From NCBI GenBank assembly GCA_947085295.1, contig CAMTVX010000028.1, positions 26,148-90,147 on the forward strand: a stretch of DNA of 64,000 bases. The letters run 5' to 3'. A program made the position numbers and the translations under genes. How positions within the stretch are numbered: position 1 is the stretch's first letter; every line of letters begins with the position of its first letter. Below the pieces are notes generated by a model, which was not told the DNA's origin, searched no databases, and worked only from the letters and a program-made list of their open reading frames with translations. Of the stretch, positions 31,804 through 40,768 are shown piece after piece. The stretch is from an uncultured Alphaproteobacteria bacterium. Its GTDB lineage: Bacteria > Pseudomonadota > Alphaproteobacteria > UBA11222.

Positions 31804-33087
31804 ATGAATATACTACTGATCGGTTCGGGCGGGCGCGAGCATGCGCTGGCGTGGGCGTTGCGCAAGTCGGCGTTGCTGGGCAAGCTGTATTGTGCGCCGG
31901 GGAATGGCGGGATTGCGGCGCTGGCGCAATGTGTGGTGCTTGATCCGCTGGACTTTGCCGCTGTCACCGCATTCGTGCGGGCGCACGACATTGGCTTTGT
32001 GATTGTCGGGCCGGAGGTTCCGCTGGTGGCGGGGCTGGTGGATCATCTCACCGAACAGGGTATCAGGGCATTTGGCCCGACGGCGGCGGCAGCGCGGCTG
32101 GAGGGATCAAAGGGTTTCACCAAGGATTTATGCGCGGCCAATAATATCCCTACGGCAGCCTATCAGCGGTTCAGCGACGCGGCCGCCGCCAAGGCCTATA
32201 TCCGCCAGCAGGGTGCCCCCATCGTAATCAAGGCCGATGGTCTTGCGGCCGGCAAGGGCGTGATCCTGGCCGAAACACTGGCGCAGGCGGAAGCCGCCGT
32301 CGATGACATTCTGGGCGGCGCATTTGGAAGTGCTGGCGCGGAGCTGGTGGTGGAAGAATTTTTATATGGCGAAGAGGCCAGTTTTTTTGTGCTGGTCGAT
32401 GGCAAGACCGCGCTGCCGCTGGCCACCGCGCAGGACCATAAACGGGTGGGCGATGGTGACACCGGCCCCAACACCGGCGGCATGGGGGCCTATTCGCCCG
32501 CACCGGTGATGAGCGATGAAATCTGCGCCCAGACCATGCAGCGCATCATTGAACCGACCGTTGCCGCCATGACGGCGGCGGGAACGCCGTTCAGGGGGGT
32601 GCTGTTCGCGGGGCTGATGATTACGGATAAGGGGCCGTATCTGATCGAATATAATACCCGCTTTGGCGACCCGGAATGTCAGGTGCTGATGGCGCGGCTG
32701 GAAAGCGATCTGCTACCCGCACTGCTGGCGTCAGCCGAGGGTAATCTGGCCGGTGTCAATTTACGCTGGTCACCACAGGCGGCGGTAACGGTGGTGATGG
32801 CAGCCAAAGGCTATCCCGGAGACTATAAAAAGGGCGAAGTTATTGTCGGGCTTGAAGCCGCAGGCCAAGGACCGGGCGTGCAGATATTTCATGCAGGAAC
32901 CACGGCCCGGAATGGCGAAATCCTTAGCAATGGCGGGCGGGTGCTGAATATCACCGCCACAGGCGACACCATTACCCAGGCCGTCAGCCGCGCCTACAGC
33001 GCCGCAGACAAAATTGACTGGCCAGGCGGATTCTGCCGCCGTGATATTGCGTGGCGGGCACTGGAAAGAGAGCGCCAAAGCAGCTAA
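31804..33087 (+). CDS. purD: Phosphoribosylamine--glycine ligase.
   Basis: [20 protein letters not shown]-terminus and an ATP-grasp domain; 427 aa. Confidence 0.95.
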   Translation: MNILLIGSGGREHALAWALRKSALLGKLYCAPGNGGIAALAQCVVLDPLDFAAVTAFVRAHDIGFVIVGPEVPLVAGLVDHLTEQGIRAFGPTAAAARLEGSKGFTKDLCAANNIPTAAYQRFSDAAAAKAYIRQQGAPIVIKADGLAAGKGVILAETLAQAEAAVDDILGGAFGSAGAELVVEEFLYGEEASFFVLVDGKTALPLATAQDHKRVGDGDTGPNTGGMGAYSPAPVMSDEICAQTMQRIIEPTVAAMTAAGTPFRGVLFAGLMITDKGPYLIEYNTRFGDPECQVLMARLESDLLPALLASAEGNLAGVNLRWSPQAAVTVVMAAKGYPGDYKKGEVIVGLEAAGQGPGVQIFHAGTTARNGEILSNGGRVLNITATGDTITQAVSRAYSAADKIDWPGGFCRRDIAWRALERERQSS

Positions 33088-33131
33088 TATGCGTTAACAT
33101 AAGAAAACAATCACAGCCGGGGACAGGAATC

Positions 33132-34208
33132 ATGGAAGAACCTAATAGACAGGAACAATTTTCCGGCACCAAAGAGGTTGATCCAAAGCATCGCCTGGAT
33201 GAAAAAGCGCTGTTCGCCTATATGCAAAAGCATGTGGAAGGTTTCCAGGGCCCACTACAGGTCGAGGAATTCAAGGGTGGCCAGTCCAACCCGACCTATA
33301 AGCTGATCACGCCGCGCGCGTCCTATGTACTGCGCCGCAAGCCGCCCGGCATTTTGCTGAAATCCGCGCATGCCGTAGACCGCGAATATAAGGTGATTTC
33401 AGCGCTGAATAAAACCAGCATCCCCGTGCCGCGCACCTTTTGCATGTGCGAGGATGAAAGCATTCTGGGCACCATGTTCTACATCATGGAATGCGTCGAA
33501 GGCCGGGTGTTCTGGGAACCGCTGGTGCCCGGCGTCAGCAAGCAGGACCGCAGCAAAATTTTCGACAGCCAGGTCAGCTTCCTGGCCAATCTGCACAAGG
33601 TCGATTACGCCGCCATCGGGCTGGGCGATTTTGGCAGCCCCGGCAATTATTTCGCGCGCCAGATTTCACGCTGGACCAAGCAATATCAGGCGTCCGTAAC
33701 CGAAGACATCCCGGAAATGAACCGGTTGATCGACTGGTTGCCCAACAATATTCCGCCCGATGATTCCGTCAGCCTGGTGCACGGCGATTTCCGGCTGGAC
33801 AATGCCATTGTGCATCCCACCGAGCCGCGCATTATTGCGGCACTTGATTGGGAACTGTCCACCATCGGCCACCCGCTGGGCGATTTTACCTATCATCTGA
33901 TGCAATGGCGCAGCCCGGATTCTGATCTGGGCACCACGCCGGAAGCCGAACTGCGCGCCCTGGGCATTCCACTGGAAAAAGACTATGCCGCGCGTTATTG
34001 CGAACTGGTCGGGCGTAAAAACATCGAAAATCTCGACTTTTACTTCGCCTATAATTTCTTCCGGCTGGCGGGCATTTTACAGGGCATTCTGGGCCGCGTA
34101 CGCGACGGCACAGCCGCCAGCGAACACGCCGCCGAACGCGCCGCCCGGGTGCGCCCACTCTCCGAAGCCGCCTGGAAATACGCTCAGGCGGCGGGCGCGG
34201 TGGGGTGA
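33132..34208 (+). CDS. Phosphotransferase (APH/ChoK-like kinase) family protein.
   Basis: The segment HGDFRLDNAI resembles an APH-family catalytic loop. A Gly-rich N-lobe is present. Start set at MEEPNRQ. Confidence 0.7.
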   Translation: MEEPNRQEQFSGTKEVDPKHRLDEKALFAYMQKHVEGFQGPLQVEEFKGGQSNPTYKLITPRASYVLRRKPPGILLKSAHAVDREYKVISALNKTSIPVPRTFCMCEDESILGTMFYIMECVEGRVFWEPLVPGVSKQDRSKIFDSQVSFLANLHKVDYAAIGLGDFGSPGNYFARQISRWTKQYQASVTEDIPEMNRLIDWLPNNIPPDDSVSLVHGDFRLDNAIVHPTEPRIIAALDWELSTIGHPLGDFTYHLMQWRSPDSDLGTTPEAELRALGIPLEKDYAARYCELVGRKNIENLDFYFAYNFFRLAGILQGILGRVRDGTAASEHAAERAARVRPLSEAAWKYAQAAGAVG

Positions 34209-34215
34209 GGCCCTG

Positions 34216-34530
34216 CTAGATTCCGGTTATCAGAAAATCCATGGCCGCTATGATTTCGTCACGATTTTGCGCCAACGACATCACTGCGGCGCCCAGCGCA
34301 ACCTTTGGCACCGCCGCGAGAAGTTCCGTCATCATCACCATGTTTGCGCCATCGATTTGAAACTGCGGGTGCAGGCGCTGCGCTGATTTTCCCACACTCT
34401 CGGTTGGCGCAATCGGGACGACCACCCGTGTTGAAAAACCGGACAGGAAATCGCTTTGCACATCCAGTAAATAAGGGACAGTCTGCGCGCTTTTTGGATT
34501 CGGGTTGCGGTAGACATCGAACTGCGCCAT
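34216..34530 (-). CDS. ccdB: Type II toxin CcdB family (gyrase poison).
   Basis: MAQFDVYRNPNPKSAQTVPYLLDVQSDFLSGFSTRVVVPIAPTES... and C-terminal ...MDFLITGI align along their length with E. coli CcdB. Confidence 0.8.
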   Translation of the reverse strand: MAQFDVYRNPNPKSAQTVPYLLDVQSDFLSGFSTRVVVPIAPTESVGKSAQRLHPQFQIDGANMVMMTELLAAVPKVALGAAVMSLAQNRDEIIAAMDFLITGI

Positions 34531-35123
34531 CAGAACTGCCGCAAGCCGTCGCTCCAAAGACCGTTGCGCTCGACGAACTGATTATGCGCCTCAATCGCCG
34601 CGCTGTTCTCCGCCTGCCAAAGTTCCTGTGCTTGTTGCGAAAGCAGTGTCGTGAGGCTGTTTTCCAGCGTTTCGGATAAATTGATGTTCAATAGCTTTGC
34701 CGCAGCAAGCAGTTTGGTATTAATCGAGAGGTTCACAGGCTTCTTATTGGCATGCGGCGCCTTGATCAGCGCATCCTGCAGATATTGGAAATCACATTCC
34801 CGGATCGCTGTGCGCTGGGCTGTCGCATTTTCAACGACTTTGGCGATTTTGGAAATATCTGATAGAGTGACACCAGCGGTTTTAAGGCTGTTTTCAATAA
34901 CTTCCACGTGTTTTTTGGCGTCATGCAGTACATTGTACGCATGCTGATAGCGGATCGAAAGTGCTTCGGCTATCCGGGCGGTTGGCCAGCCCGCTTCGGC
35001 TAAAGCCCTGATTTGTGCGCTTATCGTCCCATGCAATTGACGGATTTCCGCCAGTAATTTCTCATCTGGGTAGTTTGCAGGGATTGGCACGCGCGACCTC
35101 GTACATTCATCATGTATGCGCAT
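34530..35123 (-). CDS. ccdA: CcdA family antitoxin with an unusual ~115-aa N-terminal extension containing an HTH-like segment.
   Basis: The C-terminal 75 aa (KKPVNLSINTKLLAAAKLLNINLSETLENSLTTLLSQQAQELWQAENSAAIEAHNQFVERNGLWSD) match CcdA. The N-terminal region carries GWPTARIAEALSIRYQHAYNVL. Its stop overlaps the ccdB start (TGATG). Confidence 0.7.
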   Translation of the reverse strand: MRIHDECTRSRVPIPANYPDEKLLAEIRQLHGTISAQIRALAEAGWPTARIAEALSIRYQHAYNVLHDAKKHVEVIENSLKTAGVTLSDISKIAKVVENATAQRTAIRECDFQYLQDALIKAPHANKKPVNLSINTKLLAAAKLLNINLSETLENSLTTLLSQQAQELWQAENSAAIEAHNQFVERNGLWSDGLRQF

Positions 35124-35193
35124 AATATTATTATACCTACATAAGTCAATACCTATCTACCATAACAAAGGAGAGGCATGAACGCTCTGATGC

Positions 35194-35586
35194 CTACCGC
35201 CGCCTCTTACTTCTATCCATGTCCGCCGCGCGGGATTCCATCCGGTCTGCTTCATTGAGAAGTTCGGCGGCCTCGATCTGTTTGAAGTTGGCGTCTTCAA
35301 TCATGTCAGAGGATAACAGATTGCAATCGCGCGCGGCCTCCTTGTCCTCAATCCGCGCGCAATCCGCGATGATGCGTTGCCCCTCGGACATTTGCACTTT
35401 TGCGGCACGCAACAAAAGCTGCCCCTTGTTGCGCAGGCGAATGCCCTCGCAGGTATAGAAATCAATCTCCGGCATCCCCGACTTGTTGCAGATCCTTTCC
35501 GGTGCCTGGGCGCGCGCATCGCCGCTGAAACCGGCTGTCAGCGCAATCGCCAAAAATAAAACTGCACTAAAGTATCGCAAGAACAT
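35194..35586 (-). CDS. Hypothetical exported protein (signal peptide, four Cys).
   Basis: MFLRYFSAVLFLAIALTAGFSGDARA signal peptide; no family recognised. Confidence 0.45.
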   Translation of the reverse strand: MFLRYFSAVLFLAIALTAGFSGDARAQAPERICNKSGMPEIDFYTCEGIRLRNKGQLLLRAAKVQMSEGQRIIADCARIEDKEAARDCNLLSSDMIEDANFKQIEAAELLNEADRMESRAADMDRSKRRR

Positions 35587-35914
35587 TCTCCGGCGGACGG
35601 CCAATCGCGGCCTTGCCATTAGCCACAACAATGGGCCGTTCGATAAGTATGGGTGTATTGATCATCGCGCCAATAAGTTGGCCATGCGTCAATTTTTCTC
35701 TGTCCAGCTCCTGCTCCTTATACGCCGCTTCATCCTTGCGCATCAGATCACGAGGCTTCATTGCAAGCATCTGCAAAATATCTTCAAGCTCTTTAACCGT
35801 GGGAGGTGTCTGCAAATATTCAATCACCTGCGGCTTGATACCACGCTCCTTTAGTAACGCCAGCGTCAGGCGCGATTTTGTACAGCGTGGATTATGATAA
35901 ATTTTAACACTCAT
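35567..35914 (-). CDS. ArsC/Spx family reductase (YffB-like).
   Basis: MSVKIYHNPRCTKSRLTLALLKERGIKPQVIEYL with the CxxS/T-type ArsC family N-terminal motif. Confidence 0.8.
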   Translation of the reverse strand: MSVKIYHNPRCTKSRLTLALLKERGIKPQVIEYLQTPPTVKELEDILQMLAMKPRDLMRKDEAAYKEQELDREKLTHGQLIGAMINTPILIERPIVVANGKAAIGRPPENVLAIL

Positions 35915-35928
35915 TCTTTGTTTTTTCC

Positions 35929-36981
35929 TCAGGCATCAATCCCGACGGCTTTCTGAACACTGGCAAGGCCGTCTTTTTCTAATAACTCCCCCAACTCAAC
36001 CACTATCATAGCTGCCAAATCCGGCCCCGCAAAGGTCATTGCCGTATAAAGTTGAACCAGCGACGCGCCAGCGCGTATCTTGGCATAGGCATCCGCACCA
36101 CTGGCCACACCGCCCACACCTATCAGCACAAGTTTGCCTTCGGCAAGACGATACGCATCACGCAGTATCTGTGTCGATGGCTTGAACAATGGCCGCCCGG
36201 AAAGCCCGCCCTGTTCGCCGCGATGCCTGCTGCGCAAATTTTCGCGTCCGCCGATGGTGGTGTTGGAAATAATCAACCCGTCAATGCCCGCATCCAGCGC
36301 CACCGCCACCACATCGCGTAGCGCCTGTTCATCCAGGTCTGGCGCGATCTTCAACAACAGCGGCACATTTGTATTTTTGCGCGCGCGCGCCGCCAGCAAT
36401 TGCGCCAGCAGATTTTGCAACTGTTCGCGATCCTGCAATCCACGCAGGCCCGGCGTATTGGGCGACGACACGTTAATCGTGAAATAATCCACCAGCCCCG
36501 CCAGCGCCTCAAAACAGATCAGATAATCAGCGATGCGATCCACGCTGTCCTTGTTGGCGCCGATATTCGCGCCAACAACGCCGGGCCGCAAACGCCGCGC
36601 CGCCAGCCGCGCCCTGTAAACATCCAGCCCCTGATTGTTAAAGCCCAGCCGGTTGATGACAGCGCGATCTTCAGGCAGGCGAAATATGCGCGGGCGCGGA
36701 TTACCCGCCTGTGGCAATGGCGTTACCGTACCGGTTTCGGCAAAACCAAAACCCAGACGCAGCATCGCATCAGGCACTTCCGCGTTTTTGTCGAACCCGG
36801 CCGCTATTCCAATCGGGTTAGGAAAATTTAATCCAAGTACAGCGCTTTGAAGAGCCGGTTTTTGTGACCCGGAAATGCGCGGCCCAAAGCCCCGTTTAAG
36901 CGCGCGAATCGTCAGGCCGTGCGCCGTTTCCGGATCCAGCATGCGCAACAATGGCCCGGCAAGCGCGTACAGCCCCGCCAT
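35929..36981 (-). CDS. pyrD: Dihydroorotate dehydrogenase (quinone), class 2.
   Basis: TIM-barrel DHOD motifs (GFGFAETGTVTP, IGVGGVASG) and an N-terminal membrane-association segment. Confidence 0.9.
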   Translation of the reverse strand: MAGLYALAGPLLRMLDPETAHGLTIRALKRGFGPRISGSQKPALQSAVLGLNFPNPIGIAAGFDKNAEVPDAMLRLGFGFAETGTVTPLPQAGNPRPRIFRLPEDRAVINRLGFNNQGLDVYRARLAARRLRPGVVGANIGANKDSVDRIADYLICFEALAGLVDYFTINVSSPNTPGLRGLQDREQLQNLLAQLLAARARKNTNVPLLLKIAPDLDEQALRDVVAVALDAGIDGLIISNTTIGGRENLRSRHRGEQGGLSGRPLFKPSTQILRDAYRLAEGKLVLIGVGGVASGADAYAKIRAGASLVQLYTAMTFAGPDLAAMIVVELGELLEKDGLASVQKAVGIDA

Positions 36982-37332
36982 TCAAATACCTGTTTCCGCT
37001 GAAAATTCATGCATACCGTCATCCCCAAGGGGCAATTCATACACCCGCGCAATTTTGTTCAGCGGTAGTACCCCATACAGATGCGGAAATAAATCCCCGC
37101 CGCGTGAAGGTTCCCAGCGCAAATCCATCGCCAGGTGATCCGGATCAATGGCCAGCAATACCAGGTTCGTCTCGCCGGCAAAATGTCGCGCGGCGGTTTC
37201 GCGAACCTGTCTGGCGGTTGAAAAATGGATAAACCCATCTGCGATATCGACGGGTGCGCCGATTAACTGGCCCTGTGCGCGCGCCGCCTGCCATTCGGTC
37301 TGGTGTAAAATTTTATAGATGAAATCCGGCAT
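36982..37332 (-). CDS. DUF952 domain protein.
   Basis: MPDFIYKILHQTEWQAARAQGQLIGAPVDIADGFIHFSTARQVRETAARHFAG...WEPSRGGDLFPHLYG is the characteristic ~115-aa family. The longer 254-aa ORF-track call would collide with the divergent repressor gene. Confidence 0.75.
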   Translation of the reverse strand: MPDFIYKILHQTEWQAARAQGQLIGAPVDIADGFIHFSTARQVRETAARHFAGETNLVLLAIDPDHLAMDLRWEPSRGGDLFPHLYGVLPLNKIARVYELPLGDDGMHEFSAETGI

Positions 37333-37370
37333 TTTCGGCTTCCCATTACTGCCATAATAAGCTAAAAATC

Positions 37371-37384
37371 CTATCCCGTGATAG
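37371..37384. promoter_or_regulatory. CTATC-N4-GATAG palindrome in the 67-bp divergent promoter region between the DUF952 and S24-repressor genes (candidate operator).
   Basis: ctatcccgtgatag read directly from the sequence. Confidence 0.3.
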
Positions 37385-37399
37385 ATGTCATAAAAAGCC

Positions 37400-38035
37400 A
37401 TGTTAAGCCATAAACAAGTTTGGGAAGGAATCGACGCGCTTGCGGCGGCCCACGGGTTTTCTCCGTCCGGGCTGGCCAAGCGCGCAGGGCTGGACCCGAC
37501 AATTTTCAACCGTTCAAAACGCTTGCAGGATGGCAAACAGCGCTGGCCCAGCACGGAAAGCCTGTCGCGCGTTCTGGCCGTTACGGGCGCGTCGATTGCC
37601 GATTTTGCGCTATTGATTTCGCCGGCGACGGATGTTGCCGCGCGCAATTCCCGGCCTATCCCGGTTATTGGCTTTGCCCAGGCCGGGGCGCAGGGCTTTT
37701 TCGATGATGGCGGCTTTCCGGTAGGCGGCGGCTGGGATACCGTCAATTTCCCCGGCCTTGGCGATGAAAACGCCTATGCGCTGGAAATCAGTGGTGACAG
37801 CATGCTGCCGGTATATCGCGATGGCGATATTGTCGTTGTCTCGCCCCATGCGGATGTGCGACGCGGGGACCGGGTGATCGCCAAAACCCTGAACGGTGAA
37901 GTCATGGTGAAACAGTTACTGCGCAAAACCGTCAGCCGGGTGGAACTGGCTTCGTTCAACCCGGAATTTCCGCTGCGCAGCTTCTCGCCTGCTGATATTA
38001 GCTGGATAGCCCGCATCATCTGGGCATCGCAATAG
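37400..38035 (+). CDS. XRE-HTH / S24 peptidase family repressor (phage CI / SetR-like, LexA-type autocleavage domain).
   Basis: N-terminal HTH, a C-terminal GDSMLP (Ser nucleophile) and a downstream VMVKQLL (Lys) dyad. It is not canonical alphaproteobacterial LexA. Confidence 0.75.
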   Translation: MLSHKQVWEGIDALAAAHGFSPSGLAKRAGLDPTIFNRSKRLQDGKQRWPSTESLSRVLAVTGASIADFALLISPATDVAARNSRPIPVIGFAQAGAQGFFDDGGFPVGGGWDTVNFPGLGDENAYALEISGDSMLPVYRDGDIVVVSPHADVRRGDRVIAKTLNGEVMVKQLLRKTVSRVELASFNPEFPLRSFSPADISWIARIIWASQ

Positions 38036-38038
38036 GCG

Positions 38039-38287
38039 TTAATTGCAGCCTTCTTTTCCACCGATGCATCCACAATTCGGAAAAACATCGGTTCCCAGGC
38101 GCGTCAAATGTCCCTCTACTGCGGCGCGCAATAAATCCTGGCTGGTCCAACCCAGCTTTGCGGCGGCAACCTGCACCCGGTGATAAAGTGCCGGATCCAG
38201 CCGGAAGGTCAGTGCCTTCATGCCTCCTGATTTATTATCCTCGGTAATGCGCTGCGGTCGCATCGGTTTGACAATCTGGGCAGGCAT
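38039..38287 (-). CDS. Ribbon-helix-helix (CopG/ParG-like) DNA-binding protein with a disordered N-terminal tail.
   Basis: C-terminal MKALTFRLDPALYHRVQVAAAKLGWTSQDLLRAAVEGHL is an RHH motif. It lies downstream of the ParA-like gene. The start is uncertain (the ORF track extends to 38530). Confidence 0.5.
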   Translation of the reverse strand: MPAQIVKPMRPQRITEDNKSGGMKALTFRLDPALYHRVQVAAAKLGWTSQDLLRAAVEGHLTRLGTDVFPNCGCIGGKEGCN

Positions 38288-38584
38288 ATCGCAATTTTGC
38301 TGCCTGGGACGAAATTCAGATGGCGGCGCACTTGCAGGCGCGCTCGGCCTTTCTGTTTCAAAAACATCAGGACTAAAGTGCGAAGTAGGTAACGCCTCAC
38401 CTTTGCGGGAAATAAGCCCGCTGTGAAGCGAAGTATATTTTTCCATGCTCATACCGAAATATCCTGTTTGGGCGTAATAGTGCCGACCAGCGCCTGGTGT
38501 GCGGGCTGCGTAGTGGCTTTCATCACGCAATCATGCCTTGCCAACATACACAGACGCCATAAGGCGTGTGTGTCTTGACACCGG

Positions 38585-39694
38585 TTACGCGCGTCGGCCA
38601 AAGCCCATCATGCGATTGATGAACGGGGCGTTCATGCCGCGCTTTGCCGGCGCCATATCCTTCAGAATCTGTTCTGGCTTGATCGCCTCCTCGCAAGCGT
38701 CGCCGGAGCCAAGAATTTCTTCCAAAGAGGTGGGATAATCCAGCTCACCGCGCAATCGCTGCACGGCCTCCAGCAATGCCTGTTGTGGATTTTCCACCAG
38801 AGGCGGGGGTACGCTGGCCGAATCGAACGCCACATCGGCTTTGATATTCTGCACTTCAGGCGTGGGCATAACCGGCGCATTTAATTGGGTATTCTCGAAT
38901 GCTTCGAGCAGCGCCGGAATATTTGCCACCGACGGTTTGGAAATCGCGGAAGCAAGCGTCGCCAGATCTGCATTTTGTGCTACTGCGGCCCGCGACACCG
39001 TTTCCGGCAGCATATTTTTCTGGGCTTCAAAATCAAACCCGACCGGATCGATAAAATCTACCGGACCCCCATCCAGTCTTGCCAGGCGGCCAGACAGATA
39101 GCTCCATAAATCGCTTACTTCCTTTGCCGATGCGCCTTTCGCACTATGCTCCATCACGGTGCGGCCATCGGTCATACTGGCTGCAAAATCCACACGATGG
39201 TTTAACATGACGGGCGCGACGGTGCCGTGCTGCGACAATGCCACGGCCGCTTCGGACGTGATCTTGGCGCGCGCGGTGGCGGCATTAATCACAAACACCA
39301 TCGCCTTGTTGTGCGCGGCAGCGATTTCAACTGTCGCGCCAACGGCACGCAGATCATGCGGGCTGGGCCGCGTAGGCATCACCACAAGATCCGCAAAGCT
39401 GACCACATGCGAAATGGCTTTTGTCACCGCAGGCGGCGTGTCGATAAACACCATCTTGAACCCCTGCGCACGCAGGCTATCCACATCTGCTTGCAGGCTG
39501 TCAAATCGCGCGCCAACAAAGGCCGGGGTTTCCGCCGCACGTGCATTCCACCATTTGGCCAGACTGCCCTGCGGATCGGTATCAATCAGCGCGACGGGGC
39601 CCTGGCCGGATAATTCAGCCTGCACGGCAAGGTGTCCGGCCAGCGTGGTTTTGCCTGAGCCGCCCTTTTGCGATGCGAGAACAATAATACGCAT
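38585..39694 (-). CDS. ParA/MinD-family ATPase with a ~170-aa Ala/Pro/Val-rich C-terminal extension.
   Basis: Deviant Walker A motif ASQKGGSGKTT at residues 8-18 of the MRIIVL start. The ParA core ends near residue ~200, followed by a low-complexity tail. The ORF-track start at 39802 was trimmed. Confidence 0.8.
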   Translation of the reverse strand: MRIIVLASQKGGSGKTTLAGHLAVQAELSGQGPVALIDTDPQGSLAKWWNARAAETPAFVGARFDSLQADVDSLRAQGFKMVFIDTPPAVTKAISHVVSFADLVVMPTRPSPHDLRAVGATVEIAAAHNKAMVFVINAATARAKITSEAAVALSQHGTVAPVMLNHRVDFAASMTDGRTVMEHSAKGASAKEVSDLWSYLSGRLARLDGGPVDFIDPVGFDFEAQKNMLPETVSRAAVAQNADLATLASAISKPSVANIPALLEAFENTQLNAPVMPTPEVQNIKADVAFDSASVPPPLVENPQQALLEAVQRLRGELDYPTSLEEILGSGDACEEAIKPEQILKDMAPAKRGMNAPFINRMMGFGRRA

Positions 39695-40104
39695 ACTCTC
39701 TCCTTTCGGTAGCCCCGCTGCCCTGCCTTTCATAAAGGAATGGGGCCGGTAGCTTTGCGTCCCGTCATTCCTGACGGGTTGCCGTTTCGAGAAGCGCGTC
39801 ACCCCTGCATCTTAACGCAAAGGTGCTGGCCCCCGTCCTGTGTCAGGTCATTCCCAAAATTCACTTCGTCAGATGCTTATCCAATTGCGCGAACTTCGTA
39901 TGCCCTATGCCGACCATTTAAGCGCTAACAGCTTAATTTCCAGTAAAATTAATCCCTGTTGGCCATTGCGCACACACAGTTTTTTGTTAGTAAACTGTTG
40001 ACCATGTTTGCTTTTTTGGCACTGGACTGTTGTTGGGGCTTGCGCCGGGGCTGGTGTCGTGCTAATTTCTTACCAAATATATGTCGATAGAAAAAGGTAA
40101 GAAA

Positions 40105-40317
40105 ATGGCTGATACCGCAACCCTTTCGGCAAAGTTCCAGATATCTATCCCCAAGGCGGTGCGCACGGCGCGAAAATGGCGGGCGGGACAGGAATTTGCC
40201 TTCATTCCCAAAGGCGCGGGTGTGCTTTTGATCCCGGTTCCCGAAGCGGATGAACTTGCCGGAATCGCCAAAGGCGCGAAGCCGGTGGATTATCGGGACC
40301 GGAACGACCGCTTCTGA
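40105..40317 (+). CDS. vapB: AbrB/MazE/SpoVT-type antitoxin (VapB).
   Basis: MADTATLSAKFQISIPKAVR swapped-hairpin motif. Its stop overlaps the vapC start. Confidence 0.75.
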   Translation: MADTATLSAKFQISIPKAVRTARKWRAGQEFAFIPKGAGVLLIPVPEADELAGIAKGAKPVDYRDRNDRF

Positions 40318-40697
40318 TGCGCCTTGTGGACACATCCGCCTGGGTTGAATGGCTGATCGCATCACCCACGGGCAAAGCCGTCGCATCCGCCATCCCCGCG
40401 CGCGAAGACTGGCTGGTGCCGACCATCGTACAACTCGAACTCGCCAAATGGCTGACGCGCGAGGTTGGCGAGGACAAGGCCGATCAGGTCGTGGCTTTCA
40501 CACAAATGTGCCATGTCGCGCCGCTGGACACCAAAATCGCCCTGGCGGCGGCGGAACTGTGCCGCCAGCACAAACTCGCCACCGCCGACGCGATTGTCTA
40601 CGCCACCGCGCGGGAGTTTGGCGCCGAGCTGTTAACCTGCGATGTGGATTTTAAGGGGCTGCCGGGTGTGGTATTTGTGGGGAAGGTGGGGGGTTGA
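40317..40697 (+). CDS. vapC: PIN-domain toxin VapC.
   Basis: MRLVDTSAWVEWL with the acidic PIN residues (D5, E..., D...). 126 aa. Confidence 0.85.
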   Translation: MRLVDTSAWVEWLIASPTGKAVASAIPAREDWLVPTIVQLELAKWLTREVGEDKADQVVAFTQMCHVAPLDTKIALAAAELCRQHKLATADAIVYATAREFGAELLTCDVDFKGLPGVVFVGKVGG

Positions 40698-40768
40698 CCT
40701 ACAGTCCACTTAAATTCATCATCTCGCCGTGCCTTTTAAAGACAATCTAAAGAATAGAGAAAATCAGT

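Noticed and set aside
30309-31991. 560-aa form of xseA.
   Set aside because: The first ~70 codons would overlap the divergent purD start and lack similarity to XseA. The Met at 31779 (MQIAKQ...) gives a normal-length protein.
36982-37746. 254-aa form of the DUF952 ORF.
   Set aside because: Only the last ~116 aa match the DUF952 family. The upstream part would overlap the divergent S24-repressor gene and its promoter region, so the Met at 37332 is preferred.
39949-40386. 145-aa ORF on the minus strand.
   Set aside because: It lies antisense to the well-supported vapB/vapC genes, with an Arg-rich low-complexity translation and no family resemblance.
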